From Phoronis australis (Eukaryota; Animalia; Phoronida), in the NCBI GenBank assembly GCA_002633005.1, contig NMRA01000824.1, positions 1 to 47,678 on the forward strand: a DNA stretch of 47,678 bases. Direction: 5' to 3'. This document shows positions 8,916 through 23,900 of the stretch, one piece after another. The translations under genes were made by a program, and so were the position numbers. A model generated the notes under the pieces. That model was not told the DNA's origin, ran no database searches, and worked only from the letters and a program-made list of their open reading frames with translations. Position 1 is the first letter of the stretch, and every line of letters starts with the position of its first letter.

Positions 8916-11900
8916 CTGTGAAGTAAAGAAAAGTACAAGACTTAAGAATTCAATCATCAAAATTAAATGATCTAGTAGGATGAAGCCAATTGCTATAAGT
9001 GAGTGTTAATTAATGGTGTTGATTCAGTTATATACAGAACAACATAAAATACAACACACAGATAGTAATTGTTCTAGGTTCGAAATAAAGAAAGGCTTTT
9101 TACATGAAATCTATTTAAAATGCATTATGTTCGTTCACCAGTGCCATCCTTCCGCTACAGAACTCTGGCAACACCTCATCAATTTAGAACAAAAAGGATC
9201 ACAAAAAACTTCATTCACCTGCATCACTTTCTCGCCCTTGCCAACAACAAGAAAAGCAACTGAACAAGAGATTTCAAAAGCAGAATATGTTTGTGACAAG
9301 TACAATTGTTAATTAATTGATTTCCTACTTTAGCTAAGTAAACATGTATTGAAGATTATTGCTCTGAGGTTTGTTAAATTGCAATATGAAGGCAGTAATT
9401 GTACATTTTAAACAATTGCACTGAACATTGTGAAAAGGGAACTCTTTTTTGGAAAATCATTGAAGAAATGAACTTGGTCAAAGGGTGGTGCTGTGGTTCA
9501 TAGTGCTGACACATTTGATCACTTTACATATACCATAGTAGTAGAATAAAGGCAAACCCGAGAAGTTTCAGCTCTGAGCTCTGCTCCATGAAAGTTTAAG
9601 TCTCAAATTTGATTGTTGGCATGATGTCATTGTTCATCAAGCTCAACGTGACACGTGGTGGAATGGCAGCATTGTTATTTCAGTCCAAATTGGGACCAAA
9701 ATAGTTTCATGAAACCAAGCCCTGGTAATAAGTTTTCCGTACTCAAAGTGAAGTTCTCAAAAATTTTATTAGATTTCTATTCACTTATGTTTTACCCAGA
9801 CCAAACCAAAGCTGAATGTTAACAATTATACATATTTCCTCAAATCAGTTGTCAATACCTTGGCTATCCTTAGACCAGTCAACCACAGCCGTAGGGACCT
9901 TTCGTCATCCACACATAAGTATTTGATGAACTTTGACTTTTTCTGGATTTGAGGGTGCTGGAAAATGAAAATCCACGTGGTTAGGTGATTTCCCTACTAA
10001 CACCAAATACTTATAAAGACTACAAATACATTCCACAGGACGTACAATAATTCTAGACAAATTTATTTCTCAAAATGTACAAAATTTTCAGAAAATTTCA
10101 GCTTCCAAAGACTGAAGCCTTCCTCAGTGCTACTAGATGTTGCTGACAGTAATACAGAGTTGTATAAATGGTTACATCAAACCCACATTATAAATTGGTC
10201 GAGCACTACCATTATTGACTGAGATCCTAACAATCTTACTTGTCTTATCAAAGAGGCATTCTAAATTTCACATCAAACAATCCCTTTAAACAGAAATGGT
10301 GGTGCTTTCCATCTCAGATGTTTGTACAACCCTGTATTATGCTCAGTGACATCTATTGGCAATTCTATACACTGAGAAAGGCTTCATCTTTCAAAGGACA
10401 AACGTTTCTAGCAATTCTCATGCAATTTTTTGGGATGCTAAGAAAGAAAATTTTCCACAAATATTCTGTACATTGTAACTCCCCGAGGAATAATACAAGT
10501 CTTAAAATAAGAGCAGCCTACAGAGATCCATCGCATGATGATAATCATGACATTGAACTTCATTTGATGGTAAAAATCTTTTACGAAAAAAATTAAAAAA
10601 AAACAAGTTTCCTTCACTTGTTTGCCATTCTGTTCTAATTGCTGAGATTTTATCCATAACTCAACATAACTCAAAAAAAGTATCGCAGTTCTGTCACTTA
10701 GTGTTGACTTCAATAAAACATCTCACTATGTGGTGGCTTCATCACGTATGTCTGTACCCAAAGCACCTGATCTTCACTAAAATAATTGACCAAAACATCG
10801 ATACCGTCTTACTGACCCTGGCTAACTATGGATGAAAGTTGTAGCACTGAGCTTTAGGTAAACCTTTGAAGTAAGGTGTATTTGTTGCGACTTCAGTCAT
10901 ATGACTATCTGGATCATTTGAACTATTGTCAGATTTTAAGCCACTACTGCTGGCTGAAATGGCCACTGAATGACAGAAAATTGTAATGGACCCAGAATGT
11001 CCTATCAAGATATTTGAAAAAAGGGTGTCATTCCTTGTCATAACAGATGAGTGCAAGTGGAATTCACCATCAAACTCACCAGACAGATGAAAGTGTAGTC
11101 TAACTTTTAACAATGGTTATAGCTAGCAAAATACCAAACCTTGAGAGCAAATCCATGTTCCGTGGGTGCCTTGTACTTTTTCTTCCAGCCAACTCCATGG
11201 TAAATCTCCATCACCTCCACATGGGCCAGAATTTGTAGATCTTTGGTTGACTGCAAAATTATACATTAATCTCAAACAACAAATACCCAAACAACAATAT
11301 CGGAGTCAGGACACTATTCACACACAAGCAATTACTCAATTCATAACAACTACATGTACCTGAAAGACCACAAAATATATTTATATGAGCAATATTTTAT
11401 TTTTTCAAAGACAAAAGCATGTGTTTACTGCAGACCTTTGTCTAGCTAGTGTGCAGGGCGTCCACATGGACACCCTTACTTAAAATGCACTCACGAATCA
11501 TTGATGCCCCGAGAAATTGGGAAACCCTTTTTGGGTGTAATATCATTGAAATCCTCAGTGAAACGGTGGTTCACTGATTCAAAAACACTTGACATCAAGA
11601 TATAAGAGAACTGAGATGTGTTTTGGTGATGTGGGTCTCTTATTCTTATTTTGTATTGAAAATATCTGACTGATGAAGACAATGCACATGAAAGTCACTA
11701 GAGGTGCAGTTAAATATCAAGTACATGAATTTACTAGCAGTTTAGTACAGCAGTCTATCAATTCTGAACAAACATTAAGTTTCATCATTTTTTCAACTAC
11801 CCTTAAATTTGCCCCCAAGCAGAAAAGTGAGAAACACTATGCACACCATTTGCAAAGGCACTGGCAGTGAGTTTCCCCTGACAATAAAACATAAAACCAA

Positions 11901-14900
11901 AAACAGAATTTCAATTCCTGTCAAAAGCTTAAAGTAAATGGGTTGCGTTAAGCCATGGTTCATTGCCTACACAGCTCATACAAATAAAGCACTTTCATTA
12001 GAACGCAATAGTGTTGGTCACTGCACCAACATTAGCACCAACAAAACTTGAATATAAGTACCCACAGCAAAACAAAACACTAACACAAACAAAAGAAAAA
12101 ACATTGGCCAACCAGTGCACAAAATACATCTCACCGGATGATAGAACTTCAGTATCTGCGATATTTGACAGCAGTTAGTTCAAACAAAGGTACCAAAAGG
12201 GTGATTGAAAACGTCAAAACTTCAATTCACTGGAGAAAATGACACATCATACAATGATTGTCACTTCTTTGCAGTCACGAAGTGAAGCACAACCATGATT
12301 GCCAAGTGTGATACAGCACTAAATGTTACAGACTGAGTAAAACTCAAGGCTAACATAACGTACATTCAAAATGTTACACTGTCACAAATGAGAAATTCAG
12401 CCATTAATGGGGTAGCTAACAATTCAACAGGCCTTCAAACAACTTCCTTTCAATGCTAACACCAAACACGGCCTTTCCCATTAAAGTTATTGTGACACAA
12501 AACTAAGCAGGAAGTACATTTATTTAGGAGAGTTAGGTTAAAAACGACCCATCTATACTATTCTTCACATGATCTGCCCTGCAACGCACAGCACAATGAT
12601 AACACCCTCCTGGTACTGGGAAAAGGGATGTCAATTAACAAAACAACGATGTAACATCCAATGGCAGAAAGACAAGGCTGAAAAATTGTCTTCTGGCTGT
12701 GAAGTATTGTGGCTTAAACCCACCACTCTCAAAGAGCACAGATGCACGGATGTGGCAACTGGATAATAACAACGGTAATTCACCACTTATTCAACATACT
12801 CAAAATTATTAATAAATTGTCCCTCACTTATTTCTCACGTGGCTACTTGGTGGGAAGAACTTCTCGCCTCACCTAATTTGCACACAGTCAGTTTTGCACT
12901 TTGAAAAATACCAATATAAAGCCCTGCCATTAATTCTAGTAATAAGCACTTTTTTAACTGCGTTAATAAGATCTGAACACAGTATATTTAGTAATTAATT
13001 CATCCATTTATATGGGATATCTCATGCTGTTGTTAACACGAGATGAAACAAGTGACCTGGATGAGTGTCATGTGACTAAGAGTCACATGCTCAAAAGAGC
13101 TTTTCACTAATGATGGCATAAAACACCCTAATATTGGAACAAGATAAAGTAACTTAATTACTACTATTTATTGGATCACGATGGCATCCCGCAGGCTGCA
13201 TTTCATTAAATTTACGCACAGAGAAATGACGATGCTTGGTTACTCAGTTAATTTTGCACACCTATCAACTACAAAGTCTTGGCAAAAACCCACCAAGCAA
13301 GAGAAGATATTTAGTTTATTTTGTGTGAAAATAGCGGAGAAATACCGTACCCAGCCACCAAATGACCCGGGCAATACAGTAAAATACTTAAGTTCGCCCA
13401 AGAAACTTGACCACAGGCTCACCTTGCCCTTGCCCTTGGGATTGAAGAAGATGCCAGCATCCCGCAGGACACAGTAATACTTCTTCCATGCCTTCTTGCC
13501 CTCGGCCTTGACATACACCTCCCCCTCTACTTCGGGAACTTTGCCCCCCTCGCTGGAAAAGTAGTCCTGCAACCAAGGAACAAGATTAAATCTAAGCAAA
13601 ATGACAAATTACTTTTGTGTCAAATACTGCTAAGCATCTTCCCGCGTTATTTTCCTGAAACCATTCTGCGGTGAGAAGCTTGCAAAATAATAATGGCCTG
13701 TTAGCACCAGCCTCTACAATGAATTGTCCATCATGTCTTGGTCAGCTATTTATCTCATCATAAAGATGAGAGTGATACATACACCGTTGAAACACAGAAG
13801 CTTATGCAGCCAGAGCAAACAGTGTATTATATATTATTATATATTACGTAAAACTTTGCCATTGTCGTAAGTTTCAGTTACAGAAACTAGGTCAAATGAC
13901 ACTTGTTGAACTAGTCCAAGAATGACAGTGAATTACTTAAAGTCGCATTTACACCGGAGGGAGTTGTCACAGAGCAACTAACACGAAATAGCTGACTGAG
14001 CGAAATTGTGTGTGTAAACGCGACTGACACGGAGCAAGTTGACACTGCGACAGCCATTTTTGACACCTGTTTGAGGCGTAGAGCAAGTTGCACTCGATCA
14101 CCTGCTCCATTTTCAATTACATGACTAAACACAAACTGTTACCCTTGCGCAATAGTGTAGATACGAGTGTTTGGCTACCATTCCACGTGATTTGGATGTT
14201 CACTATTGTTTATGTCAGCATGTGCAGACAGTCTCCATGTAAATGACTCATGCTGGTGGCGTCGTGACAATTCGCATCATGACAACTGTTCCCCGTGTAA
14301 ACACTGCTTAAGGCCGTTTTCAGCTGGAACCTTAGTTCAAACTACGGTCACCATAGTTCCAAGTGAAACCCCCTAGTCAACAACTGCGTTTGAAAGATTG
14401 ACCATTGAACCACACAATGATCCGACTCTGCTGCCAACTAAGGATTGAGTAGTCACAAAATGGCTTCCTGTATGTACTACCAAGTAAACAGATAATAAAT
14501 AAATTCCAGCTAAATATCCTGCTTTACTGTGTAGGTCAGTTTATTTGCTTCTTGATTTTGTTTAGATTGAGCTCGTCATTCATTTACTCGCTTCAGTACA
14601 CAGAAGCTGTTTTCTCTATTACAGCTGACCTCAGGTTAATCATAGTTCATGAAGTAAAAACAGCTATAGTTTAATCAAAATGGCTTAAAACAATGCAAAA
14701 CAGCTGCACTATCTATTCGCCCCACCTCCAACAACTGTTTGCGAGCCTCCTCGCCCAGGCTACTGGCAGGGGGCTGTGGACCCAGCAGGTAGTCTTCTGG
14801 TCTAAGGAACACGTCGTAAATCTCTTGACGACAGCTCAGCAAGATCTTGTTGACAGAGTCAGCCGTCCATAGCAACATGTTGTCAACAAACATCTCATGG

Positions 14901-17900
14901 TCCTCATACACTCGCTCTGAAAGATCAAACAGAAAATGGAAAAGTAAGCATCGTTAGAAACATTCTAAAAAAGAATTACGCATGGCAAAACCTTCGCCGC
15001 CTTCTTTGATCAAGCAATGTAATAAACATTGTTATTAAAGTTGCCAAACCTGAATTTGGCAATAAAACAATTAAAATCATAATTAAAATTTCTTTTTCAT
15101 AATTTACATATTGAAACAAATCATTTTATGGTTAGGGCAGCTGGATTAAAAATTGTGATTTATTTCTATGTACAACACACACAAAATTTGGTTTAAATTG
15201 CAGCATTTTACGCAAATTATTTGCCAAACTCAGGTCTAGTAACTTTAAGAAGACAGCAACTTACCCATGTACAGCTCAGGAATCTCTTCCACCAATGCCC
15301 AACAGATGTCACTCTTGTTGTGACTCTTGTCTAGTACGACAGTTAAAACATCTCTACATGTCATCGTGTCATCAGCCATTATACTTTTAGTGCTGCCATC
15401 CTCCGCAAATATTCGTGCAAACAGCTACAACAAACTCAAAATTAGAGAAAATGCCAATAAAAATACACAATTTAGTCTGAGCAGTTACATTATTTTGGAA
15501 ATTGTCCAGTTTGTCACATTTGTTGACAATAAAATTCAGAGTACCAAAAATACAGCAGTAGAGTATTGTCTGAAGAGCTATCGAAAACACAACAGTGTAA
15601 ATAAAGTTAAAAAACTGGATACTGACGGTCATAATTTCATAGTTTAAATCTTAAAGGTTATCTCAAACCTTATTTAGTGGCTTCCATTCTAACTGCCGTA
15701 TATATCAAAAATAACTAAGTTTTGTCAACTAGTGAAAGAAAAAAGATCAGGGAATGTAAAATTTTTTGTATTTATGTACCATTATTATTATTACGTTAAC
15801 ACCTTTTTCATTTTTAAAGTCAAAATTTCATTTTTAAGAAAGGTAGATTCAAAGCAAAATAACCACTCGGTAGATTTTAATGATTAAACCTTTTTTAAAT
15901 GAAAACTTCACCAGTTACCTCAAAAACGCTGTTGGAATTTTCGATTAGACTTTCTGTTTGGTTTGTAAGACAAAGGTATTTTTTGTGTAAAAAATAGGTC
16001 ATATTCGTCTTTGTTACATTATGCAAAAACTAGGTCTTTATATCGAAAATCCTAATAGTGTTTTTGAGATTGATGAATAAATACTAAGTTTGGAATGTTT
16101 CAGCGAAATCAACCCAGCCATTTTCAAAAACTCGTATTCATAAGTTCAAATTAAGTCGATTTGCCGAAGCTGAGAAAAAGCCAATTAAACTGGGACGAGT
16201 GGAAATCTCAAAGTCTTCGGTTAATTAATTGGTGAAAACTTGTTTTCAGTTAATATAAGTTATACATGCCTTAACCACGTTAGCTATTTCAACATTCACT
16301 TGCAGTGTCAACTGAATTTACAGCGCGTAATTAACTTAATTACAATTAAAACGGTACTGTCCTCAGCCAAGAGGTGTGACCAACTTTACAAGTAGGCCAC
16401 AGTTCATTGTTATGCACATAGTCGATACACATCATATGCCAGAAGACTGATATGAAACCAACTAGGAATTGTTAACAGAAATCGAGTCGATGGTTAAAGC
16501 ATGTTGTTAACAGCAAAATGTCAAATTACTTAATATTGAACCAGGAATTTGGGTGAGGATTTATCTCTTTTCAAAACTTGCTGTATTCGTGACCACAGAG
16601 GCGTGAGGTGACTCATGGCATTCGTTTTCAACAGTCCTATATATGTAGACGCACAATTACCTCAGGATCAAAACTAAATTTTGTCTTTGTTTTCCCCGGC
16701 ACTGTTTTATTATATGTACACCTCATTGACTCAATAATATGGCGACTCAGTGAATGAAAGGACTGAGGGTACATAGGAAGATGCTCTTTACCTAGTGGGG
16801 GATTCAATTTGAGTAACAGCCTTGTAACCTTTGACCTCAGATAAGTAGTAAACAAATATCCACGTGGTTGTGTGGTTCCAAGGTGGTTCTGCTAAATCTT
16901 TTTTATCGCTACATGGTATATATTTTTTGAAGTTCCCTGAGAATGAAGGCAAGGTATTTTGCTAGACACGTGAAATATTGTAAAAGTGGACAATTTTTGT
17001 GAATAAGGTTTGAGATAACCTTAACTAAGATGAATGACTGCCGAACAATAAATACCTTTTTGATATTGGCTTCTTTAATTTTTTCCATTGCAATTTTTAT
17101 CTTCTCTTGCTTCAATAGTTGCTCCTGCTCAGCCTGCAGAATAAAATGAGTGGTTGACAGCTTAGCCCATTAAAACTAAACCCAGTTGCAGTAAAACAAC
17201 GCCCATGGTGACTAGGCATCCAAAAGAGACAGATACATGCAAGGAAACATTCCATTCTTATTGCCAGAATCATGCATGTGTCCTGAGCTCCAGTCTGTGG
17301 TTGAATGCTAAAGTATTTACATGTCAGAATAAAATGTCACTAATTGTTCTAAATGTTTAAAGGTATGCCTATGCAGGATGAAAGTCTGCATAATTAATGC
17401 TAAGAATGGATCACGTAACGTAAGGAGCACACATTTAGTCAATTTTTAAAACGTTCCAAGACATAATGAATATGAACTGACTAACATACAACTTGCATGT
17501 TTTGAGTAACTCTCCAAAGAAGTGTCTAGTTATCAGTAACCAGCAACTTAAGTCCTCTATTCTGTTGATTAGCTCCCAAATACCTCCCCAAATCAATTAA
17601 TAAGCGAAACCCAGCTCAGTTATATTCAACGACCAACCAACTCACAGCAGAGAGCTCCCTGTTGTTCAGTTCTTGTTGATAGTTGTCAAGGCGTGCCATC
17701 ACCTTGTCATGCACCTAGTACCAAGACAAGCAAACAGAAGAGATGAGAAACCAACAGAAGCCCACATGAAAGAAAATTTGTTTTCTTAGCTTTTATTGCA
17801 CACTGTTCCAAAAATCGAAACATGACAAACAATTTAATACATTACTACAGAATTTTTAAGTTTTGTGTAATAAGATAGGAGATTTCATCAGCATTGAAAC

Positions 17901-20900
17901 TTTTGATCTGTGACCAATAAATGCACTTTTCCAAAGTTTCAATTTGACTTTTAGTGAATTTTGGAAAGGAAATCACCAATCAGAAAGCAGTAAGAGGTGT
18001 TAATTCAGATATGTTAATACTAGCCCGACCATGTGAACAGTGCTGCTAGGTTGACTTACGATTTCTGTGAACAACACCAAGACAGTAAAGCAATTCTTCA
18101 CTTAATTAGCACACAATATGGCCGCTAAGTGAAATTTCATTTTGTCCAATTTCTCCACAACAATAAAGATTAAGAAAATTTTAGACCATTACTAGCATAG
18201 CTTGTGCTATGAAGATGTCACAAAATAATTTTTGGTAAATTTCTATTATTTACAGTAATGTAATCAGCGTTTGAAAATGATGACAATTTTGGCATTTCTT
18301 TTCGTGCAAAATAAGTATTGAATTACGGTACCACATGATAAACTGCTTGCACAAAGAAACTTTGATCATTCCACAAAATGTACAACAGAAGCGTTCGCTT
18401 TTCCTAACAGATTTTGTAAACGGAAAAGTCAAATAAAGAAATTATTTAAAATTTCCATACATTTTCATTTAGATAATAACTGCTTAATATGTACAAAAAT
18501 ATTACAGAGCAGGTAGTGGAGAGCCATCACTGGACAGTGGTTGTAAATTGATGCATCTTAATTATGCGTTCACAGAGACAATTATCAAGCAATCCAGTCG
18601 AAAGCCATTGCATTGGTGAGGCCAAAGAGAATAGCACTTAATGGTTCTGGTCTGCCCACGATTCATGTTGAAACATCCACCCGTCTCATTTTAACACAGT
18701 ACTGTTTTTTAAAATATTTCCGCTAGTTTTTGTGAATGAATTGGCTTAGGAATGCAGAGACAATCACTTCGTTCATGACCTTAATTAATAAAAAAATAAT
18801 TGCAGGCAGTCTAGTACACGTTGTACCAGACGTGCACACCCCACGCATGTGGGCCCATTGCGCTGAATACCTGGAACCATTTTTGTGCTTTATTAATATA
18901 TACCAGTAGTTAAATCCAAGCTGAGGAGCTAGAAACCAGACTCTAGGGTTTAGCAGTGTGGCCCAGTGGGACTCGGATCCACAATCTCGAGTAAAGAAAG
19001 TAAGCACTTATCACACTAGGCCACACAGTGGCTCCTCTCATCCTCTCATGACCAAATTGATAAAGAACAGGTTTTGTAATATAACATGTGCGGTTTCCAC
19101 TGTCAGGCCTCTCCCACCCCATGACGACAGAAGTGTATTCACACCCGTCATTGTTCCACTGAAGCTAGGGAGGCAAAATGAAGGATCCTGGCCCATTTCA
19201 TTTGACACAGGGTGACCCTGGGAGGAACAAAGAAACCTGGCTGATACCAGGTGACTTATTCTTTTTGAAATTCATGAAAAGCGAAAAATCAATTTTCAAA
19301 AAATTAAGGGGCCAGAAATAATTATGCTGCTTCTGCCAAAATAGAAGTAACTGCGACACAAAGCAAGTATCATGAGTGAATAAAACAATGACTATGTATG
19401 TCACACATGTCAACACACAATTGTAAATGTGCTGATTTTAAACTTGAAATGAAAATGGAAATGCTGCCAATGGAATGATTTTTTAAAGGATTAAAATTCT
19501 GTCTACGTAACAACAACACAGAGGATCAATTTTATACTTTACAAAAGAAGTTCTGAATTAACTTACCATATGGCCTCCTTCCCCTGATATCCCAGAACTG
19601 CCTGACATTAGTGACATAGAATCGGAACATGATGAATCATCTTGAATGCCTAGCGACCTTGAGTCCATGACCTCTAACCTTTGACTTGACTGTGATACTG
19701 CCCGCTGGGCTGTATGTGGTTCCACAATGATGTCATCATCGTCGTCGTCATCAAGACTGTCCATTTCCTCAACTGTCTGCCCAGATCTAGCAGCAATATG
19801 TTGAACCGGCTTGACTCGGTTTACCTGCTGGCCACTATTTAAGACGTGACCCGATGGCACTGAATTTTGACCGTGGTTCAACTGTTGACCAGTCTGTGAT
19901 ATTCGTGTGGACTGCACGCTGTCACGATTTGGTTGAGTCATGGGTGCAACAGGCAAGTGTTTTGGTCTACAGTCTGAAGAGGGAGCCACGGATTTTACCT
20001 CAGCAAAGTCTTCAGAATTAGCAGGATCATTAGATATGCCGAACGCCATCTTAACAATGTCAATTTCAGAAGAGAAGTCCGCCAGATCCGCATCCAGGAA
20101 ACTAATGTCAATCGGGCCAGATGCTGGCTCTTCGTCAGTAGGTTGTGGCAGAATGGGCGGAACCGGCTTCTCTTTTTCTTCTATGGCATCAGTGATCTCT
20201 CCAGAGGTTGTAGTCAGCTGGGACTCAATGGCACACAGCTGTCCAAGGAGGGCATCCAAGTCAATGTCTTCATTGTCTGAAATACAGGACACTTTTCAAG
20301 CATTAGAGTCTAAGTTAAATTTCCTAAAATTTCCTAAATTATGATTTTACATGATAGACATATCTCCTCAGACCAAAGCAAAATCTGACCAGCAACACGC
20401 CCCATGAATACACAACCTAGAAGATTCGTGCCACATGACATGAACAGACAACGACAATAGTCGCTGCAATCTGGAATTGTCTTCAGTTAAGTCCACGTCT
20501 GACGTCGGCACGTTGTCCAATATTAGCTTACTGAGTGAATACGCAAGCCCCGCTTGGGTAAGAAATCTTTTCAGACCACATGCTATGGCCAGAGGTGGCA
20601 TGCTGACCGGACTTAAACTGTGATAATTAAGAAGTATTTATAAATTTGCACCTTTATTCTAAAATCCATCTCAGTCAAACAGTGTAACTGGTGGAAATAC
20701 CCTATATTCGATCATTGTTTTTTCAAGCCAAAAAATCTCAGAAAGTTGACGTGAATGTGAGATGTTATAGTACACAATTATGTTGAAACATCTGTGGATA
20801 ATGATCTGTACATCCTGCACGTTTCGATTGATACCACCCACTTTGATAGTATCACCTGTCCTCATCATATAGCTGCCGTAGGCTCACAATACACACTACA

Positions 20901-23900
20901 GAAGTCCTTCTGATAAAATTTGTGACAGAATGAATTTCAACAGAATTAGGAAGTTTTACAAGAGCTGAAATTCGATAAAATTTGTGTGGTTGGTCAGTCA
21001 GTCTTTCCAACACCAACACACCATAATGCTTGTTGGTCGCCTAATTTCAGCTCGTCTAGCATCACGGAGTAATTCAAAGGGATTGGACGTGGAACTGTAC
21101 AGCAGGTTAGCATAAGACAATCCAAAGATGGAGCATGATCAAATGGCTATTGCAAATTATATCTTTTTTAAGATCAAAGACCCATGATACCGATTTACGT
21201 TTATATTTTCCAAGCATGGAAGCGATGACATATAATAACTGTTGTAAATTTCACGCCTGCTTTACCTACCTCCAACATTTCATTGAACGATGTTTCGGCC
21301 AGTCATTTTTCTAACCATCTTCAGGATTTTCGTTCTCAGTAGATGATGGTCAGAGAAATGAAAGGTCGAAGAATTACTTTGATGAAATGTAAGCAGTTTG
21401 TGAAAACAGACTTGAAGATTCCAACAGTGATTACGCAACATCATCACCTCAGAGCAGAATCAGAAGGCTACTGTAATATGTAATACCAAAGTAGTGTTTA
21501 TAGGCTTAAGAATTTAATGACCATCACATTTACATGCTCATAGGGTCATTCTGATTTAGGTCAGATGGAAACCATTGACAGATCCCCGATTTCAAAAGGA
21601 GATGCTTCCAATGTTAAATTTCTGGCAGGCAATAACACCATTCATATATTTTCTGTTTAAGAACTGAGAAGAGGGGCACCATTGTCCAAGCACTTTTTAA
21701 CCTATAAAAACTTGGGTGGACATGGTCCTCACAATCGCATCGGTTGACATAGTTTCTGAGCTACTCCCCTGAGTCGCCACAATTCCCTTCCCCGACACCA
21801 AAATGTTTTTGCTAGATCCCCCCTTTCACCACGAGTTTCAAGCTATTCCCCCCCTCCCAGTCACTCCCTCGGACAAAACTGCTGATAGCCCCTTAGAACC
21901 TGTCATGACGAGATGGGGCCCCTATTCTGTGCAAGACCCTAAGTATGGTTTATTTAGCTCAATACATAATCCAATATGGCTCTCAACAACTGAACTGGAT
22001 CTGCTAAATTTCAACTGACGATTTTTGGTATAGTGTTTGCAATCCACATACACTATGAGACAGTCAAACCATTTCGTGTGAACCAAAAAGTTTACTTACA
22101 TCGCGTAGCAAAACTAGCAACTGCTGAATGTCAGTAAAACATCTCATCTTATANTCACGCCTGTTTTATCTACCTCCAACATTTCATTGAACGACGTTTC
22201 GGCCAGTCATTTTTCTAACCATCTTCAGGATTTTCGTTCTCAGGAGATGATGGTTGGAGAAATGAAGGGTCGAAGAATTACTTTGACGAAATGTAGGCAG
22301 TTTGTGAAAACAGACTTGAAGATTACACATTGATTACGCAACATCATCACCTCAGAGCAGAATCAGAAGGCTACTGTAATATGTAACATGAAAGTAGTGT
22401 TTATAGGCTTAAGAACTTAATGACCATCACATTTACATGCTCATATGGTCATTCTGATTTAGGTCAGATGGAAACCATTGACAGATCCCCGATTTCAAAA
22501 GGGGATGCTTCCAGTGTTAAATTTCTGGCAGGCAATAACACCATTCATATATTTTCTGTTTAAGAACTGAGAAGAGAGGCACCATTGTCCAAGCACTTTT
22601 TAACCTATAAAAACTTGGGGGGACATGGTCCTCACAATCTCATCGGTTGACAGAGTTTCTGAGCTACTCCCCTGAGTCGCCACAATTCCCTTCCCTGACA
22701 CCACGTTTCTGCTAGATCCCCCCCCTCCCAGTCACCCCCTGGAACAAAACTGCTGATAGCCCCTTAGAACCTGTCATGACGAGATGGGGCCCCTATTCTG
22801 TGCAATACCCTAAGTATGGTTGATTTAGCTCAATGCATAATCCAATATGGCTCTCAATGACTGAACTGGATCTGCTAAATTTCAACTGACGATTTTTGGT
22901 ATAGTGTTTGCAATCCACATACACTATGAGACAGTCAAACCATTTCGTGTGAACCAAAAAGTTTACTTACATCTCGTAGCAAAACTAGCAACTGCTGAAT
23001 GTCAGTAAAACATCTCATCTTATAAAAGTTCATTACATGAGTGGTCATTGTGAAAATAATACCCAAATACCTTCAACGCCCTGAATAACAGAATTCCTAA
23101 AGCTGTCTAATGTGTCAGAGGGTGTAATCTGCTTCCTGTTGCTCACACTGGGTGGAGCTAATGTGCTCCCGCCAAGGTCCTGAAAGAGGAAAAAGTATGC
23201 CAATACTACAAAGGCAAATCAAGGAAGTTGGTAAATATCCTGATACAAGGCGTATTAGGACTTCAAAAGATTTTCTTCTTAAAATGTTCATATACGGCAT
23301 CTCCACATAACCCTCAGATACACCACACACCCAAAAGCAGACATGTCCAGGCACAAGTCCCAAAGCACCAGGGGCCCACATTATGAAAATGGAAACTTAC
23401 AAACAGCAATTTATTGAGAACTCTACATATTTAGGCCGGCATGCACTTTCATGTGAAGCTGTGCTATGTCTGCAAACCCATGAATTAGTTTTTAAAACCA
23501 ATGCTTTGATCTCATAGTCTGCAAACAGAGCATTGACTAGAGCAAAAAAGTGGGTCAAAATATCATTGCAGGGTGTTGAAATTTGGCTACAGTCTAAGTT
23601 TACAATCAAAATACTTTCAAAACACAAGTCTAATTACTGAATGCCCGTGTCTCCTGTCTGTATATAGCCTGATCATGTTAATCAGACAAACCATGGATCA
23701 TTATAGAAAGCCAAAGCGAAAAAATTCCAGGACTAATATTTTCTGTGCAAGATTTACAAACAGATCAAAACATTGTTTTTATAATGTAGGACCAAAAAAA
23801 CAACTCAAGTTTAAAATTTATCATGTCAATACCGAAAATTTATCACATAAAAACCCATAATTTATCATGTCAGGAACAAAAATTTAACACTTCATTACCA

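Noticed and set aside
10826-11113. 95-aa minus ORF in intron 9 as an extra exon or nested gene
   Set aside because: Exons 9 and 10 already join into an intact PH domain; no motif or convincing splice pair.
15651-16275. Possible TTAA-flanked MITE with internal inverted repeat (~15919-16069)
   Set aside because: Terminal similarity is limited to AGG/CCT, too weak to define boundaries.
18958-19034. Possible tRNA gene
   Set aside because: A/B-box remnants only, with no consistent acceptor or anticodon stems; kept as a low-confidence SINE head.
19940-20344. 134-aa + strand ORF
   Set aside because: Antisense shadow of MRL exon 3; no recognisable domain.
20368-20601. 77-aa minus ORF just upstream of exon 3 as an alternative first exon
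   Set aside because: The best donor (TAG|GTTGTG) is phase 2 while exon 3 needs phase 1; no homology recognised.
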